From: Mobula hypostoma
Taxonomy: Eukaryota
Length of the DNA: 64,000 nt
Reading direction: 5' to 3'
Assembly: GCF_963921235.1 (NCBI RefSeq)
Contig: NC_086107.1
Span: 112,656,001-112,720,000, forward strand
In this document: positions 63,020 to 64,000 of the stretch, one piece after another
Layout: each line of letters opens with the position of its first letter
Numbering within the stretch: position 1 is the stretch's first letter
Notes under the pieces: model-generated
The model's database searches: none
Seen by the model: only the letters and a program-made list of their open reading frames with translations
What the model was told of the DNA's origin: nothing
Made by a program: the position numbers and the translations under genes

Positions 63020-64000
63020 TCTCCTCCCTCACCTCCATTCGGGTCCCCAGGTGAGGCAACACTTCACCATGAATCTGCTGGGGTCATCTATTGTGTCCGC
63101 TGCTCCTGATGCAGCCTCCTCTACATTCGGAGACCTGTTGTAAATTGGGGGTCTGCTTCGTTGAGCACCTCTGCACAATCCACCACAAGTGGGCTGTCCC
63201 GGTGGCCAAACATTTTAATTCCGATTCCCATCTCCATTCCGAAGCGTCAGTCCATGGCCTCCTCTTGTGCCAAGATGAGGCCACCCTCAGGGTGGAGCAA
63301 CGTCTTATATTCTGTCTGGGTAGCCTCCAACTCGATGGCATGAATATAGATTTCTCCTTCCGGTCAGCAAATTCTCCCCCACCCTCCTCTAATTTCCCCC
63401 CCGACCTTTTACCTCTCCTCACCTGCCTATTACTTCCCCCTGGATCCCCTCCTCCTCCTCCTTTCTCCTACAGTCCACTATCCTTTCCTATCAGATCCTT
63501 CCTTCTCCAGCCCTTGACTCTCCTGTCTTCAGCTATCACCTTCCAGCTGGCCTCCTTCCTCTACCATCTGCTCTCAGGATGAGGCTTTTCATTCTAGGAC
63601 GAGGGAGATGTCTTCCTTTTTTAAAGAAAGGGGCTTCCCTTCCTCCACTATCAACTCTGCTCTTAAACGCATCTCCCCCATTTCACGTACATCTGCTCTC
63701 ACTCCATCCTCCCGCCACCCCACTAGGGATAGGGTTTGCCTGGAATAGGGTTTGCCTGGTCCTCACCTACCACCCCACCAGCCTCCGGGTCCAACATATT
63801 ATTCTCCGTAACTTCCGCCACCTCCAACGGGATCCCACCACTAAGCACATCTTTCCCTCCCCCCCCCGCATTCCGCAGGGATCGCTCCCTATGCAACTCC
63901 CTTGTCCATTCGTCCCCCCCATCCCTCCCCACTGATCTTCCTCCTGGCACTTATCCGTGTAAGCGGAACAATTGCTACACATGCCCTTACACTTCCTCCC
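63020..64000 (+). mobile_element. Two Penelope-like ORF fragments (GIY-YIG region 63020-63560; upstream linker region 63560-end)
   Basis: PVAKHFNS, LIFCLGSLQLDGMNIDFS; ICSQDEAFHSR and LVLTYHPTS..ILRNFRHLQRDPTTKHIFP. Confidence 0.82.

Noticed and set aside
53934..64000. fuz exon 2
   Set aside because: No LPFSVIGSLNGVHMF-like segment found by eye; the intron probably extends beyond the window

Overview
Vertebrate genomic DNA, by its repeat landscape most likely a cartilaginous fish (ray/shark; inference). Most of the window is transposable-element derived, with two host genes arranged head-to-head. (1) Minus strand: exons 1-7 of a pepsin-family (A1) lysosomal aspartic protease (ATG 35333; exons of 62/151/124/119/200/123/145 bp, all GT-AG, 308 codons in frame, both DTG motifs). 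Diagnostic residues and its neighbour favour napsin A (napsa) over cathepsin D. Exons 8-9 were not found and presumably lie left of the window. (2) Plus strand: exon 1 of fuz (Fuzzy, CPLANE ciliogenesis factor; ATG 53850). The napsa promoter has CLEAR/M-box and CCAAT motifs; the fuz promoter has RFX X-box-like palindromes. Mobile DNA includes a Gmr1-like Gypsy LTR element with SCAN-like Gag and deleted pol (4-bp TSD), a full-length RNase H-containing I/Nimb-group LINE (13-bp TSD), CR1, Rex1/L2-like, RTE and Penelope fragments, a mariner-derived MITE, a solo LTR, V-SINE-like elements and an RTE-tailed tRNA SINE. The most notable hidden signal is a family of short, TSD-flanked, fold-back Penelope-derived elements carrying minimal type I hammerhead ribozymes; two intact copies are in sense orientation inside host introns. 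All calls were made by eye without database searches, and boundaries of degraded repeats are approximate.
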